Shown piece after piece: positions 63,153 to 64,000 of a stretch of DNA of 64,000 nt (the first letter of the stretch is position 1; every line of letters starts with the position of its first letter). The notes beneath the pieces were generated by a model, which was not told where the DNA came from, did not search any database, and was given only the letters and a program-made list of their open reading frames with translations. A program made the translations under genes and the position numbers. The stretch is from assembly GCA_964234715.1 (NCBI GenBank), contig OZ174275.1. The stretch is one strand, 5' to 3'. The stretch comes from Podarcis melisellensis. Taxonomy: Eukaryota.

Positions 63153-64000
63153 ATGACACCAACCAGGGAGATGGCAAACAATGCTAAGATGGCAACTCCC
63201 CTTCAAGATGATGACCACCCAATAACGAAACGAGATCTGAGGGAAATGGAAGCAAGATTAGAAGAAACACTGAAGGCCACAATGGCTCCCATGCAGGTAC
63301 TAATCAACAATCTAACCTCCAAAGTGGAAGCTCTAGAGAACAAAAACCAAATGCAAGAAAAAATAATAGAGCAATACCGGGAGGAGAACGCACGTGTGAA
63401 CAAGAAACTGGACGAACTGGTAAACCAAATGGAAGCAGAACACAGAGAGATGAAAATTAAACAAGCTGACCTTGAAGATCGCAATAGACGTTGTAACATC
63501 CGCTTCCGCAACTTTCCTGAAAAAACAGAGGAGAAAAGCCCAGCAGACCTAATTATACGCTGGCTGAAAAACACAATCCCAAGCCTGAAACTCGAGGCGG
63601 ATGACTTGGAGAGGGCACACAGAGCCCTAAAACCTATGCCAAAACCCAGCGCCCCCCCAAGAGACATCATTGTATGCTTCACACGCTACAAAAAGAAGGA
63701 AGAGATATGGCACCACCTCAGAAACTCAAGCAACCTTCGATACGGAGAAACCCCCATTCTGGCCCTACAAGACCTATCTCAGGATACCCTAAACCGGAGG
63801 AAAAGCCTGCGCCCATGCACCCAGCGTCTCCAACAAGCAGGGATCAAATACCGATGGGGCTTCCCCTTCCGCCTCATTGCAACAACCAATACAACACAAC
63901 ACATGGCTACCAACATACCTGAGGCCCTGCAACTACTAAAGAACCTTGAACTCGACCTCCCACCGGAATGGCAACCGACAAACCCACCAAATGACAGCCC
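63153..64000 (+). CDS. L1-clade LINE ORF1p (coiled coil, RRM, CTD); open to the window end
   Basis: Manual translation has no stop and includes DLEDRNRRCNIRFRNFPE, LERAHR, PRDIIVCF, QDLSQDTLNRRK and IKYRWGFPFRL. It is absent from the ORF track because it has no stop in the window. Confidence 0.9.
   Translation, partial: MTPTREMANNAKMATPLQDDDHPITKRDLREMEARLEETLKATMAPMQVLINNLTSKVEALENKNQMQEKIIEQYREENARVNKKLDELVNQMEAEHREMKIKQADLEDRNRRCNIRFRNFPEKTEEKSPADLIIRWLKNTIPSLKLEADDLERAHRALKPMPKPSAPPRDIIVCFTRYKKKEEIWHHLRNSSNLRYGETPILALQDLSQDTLNRRKSLRPCTQRLQQAGIKYRWGFPFRLIATTNTTQHMATNIPEALQLLKNLELDLPPEWQPTNPPNDS

Noticed and set aside
63203-63682. 159-aa minus-strand ORF
   Set aside because: It is the antisense shadow of the L1 ORF1.
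48069-64000. Next ELP4 exon (expected to resemble NKAII.RV..LSD.VVGLESF)
   Set aside because: Not found by eye. It probably lies beyond the window or in a gap, so this is not evidence of gene loss.

Overview
This is vertebrate genomic DNA, not microbial. It comes from a squamate, most likely a lacertid lizard, judging by Sauria-type SINEs with (ACCTTT)n tails. The whole window lies inside the + strand gene ELP4 (Elongator subunit 4). Five GT-AG coding exons (8644-8762, 26710-26829, 32924-33063, 43877-43961, 47880-48068) splice into one open frame and correspond to human exons ~3-7. In other vertebrates ELP4 introns carry the PAX6 downstream enhancers. The introns are rich in transposons. The main ones are: (1) an intact, young 5.5-kb sushi/Tf1-type Ty3/Gypsy chromovirus with a tRNA-independent self-priming signature, an atypical -1 frameshift site, and a Pol frame running ~100 codons into the 3' LTR; (2) a Penelope-like element forming a perfect 185-bp inverted repeat with hammerhead-like cores on both strands; (3) a GIY-YIG Penelope relic split by a hAT-like insertion; (4) a DIRS relic; and (5) the 5' end of an L1-clade LINE with an intact ORF1 that the ORF track missed. 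There are also four Sauria SINEs with TSDs, several MITEs, L2/CR1 relics and three assembly gaps. All family calls were made by eye from motifs; no database searches were run.
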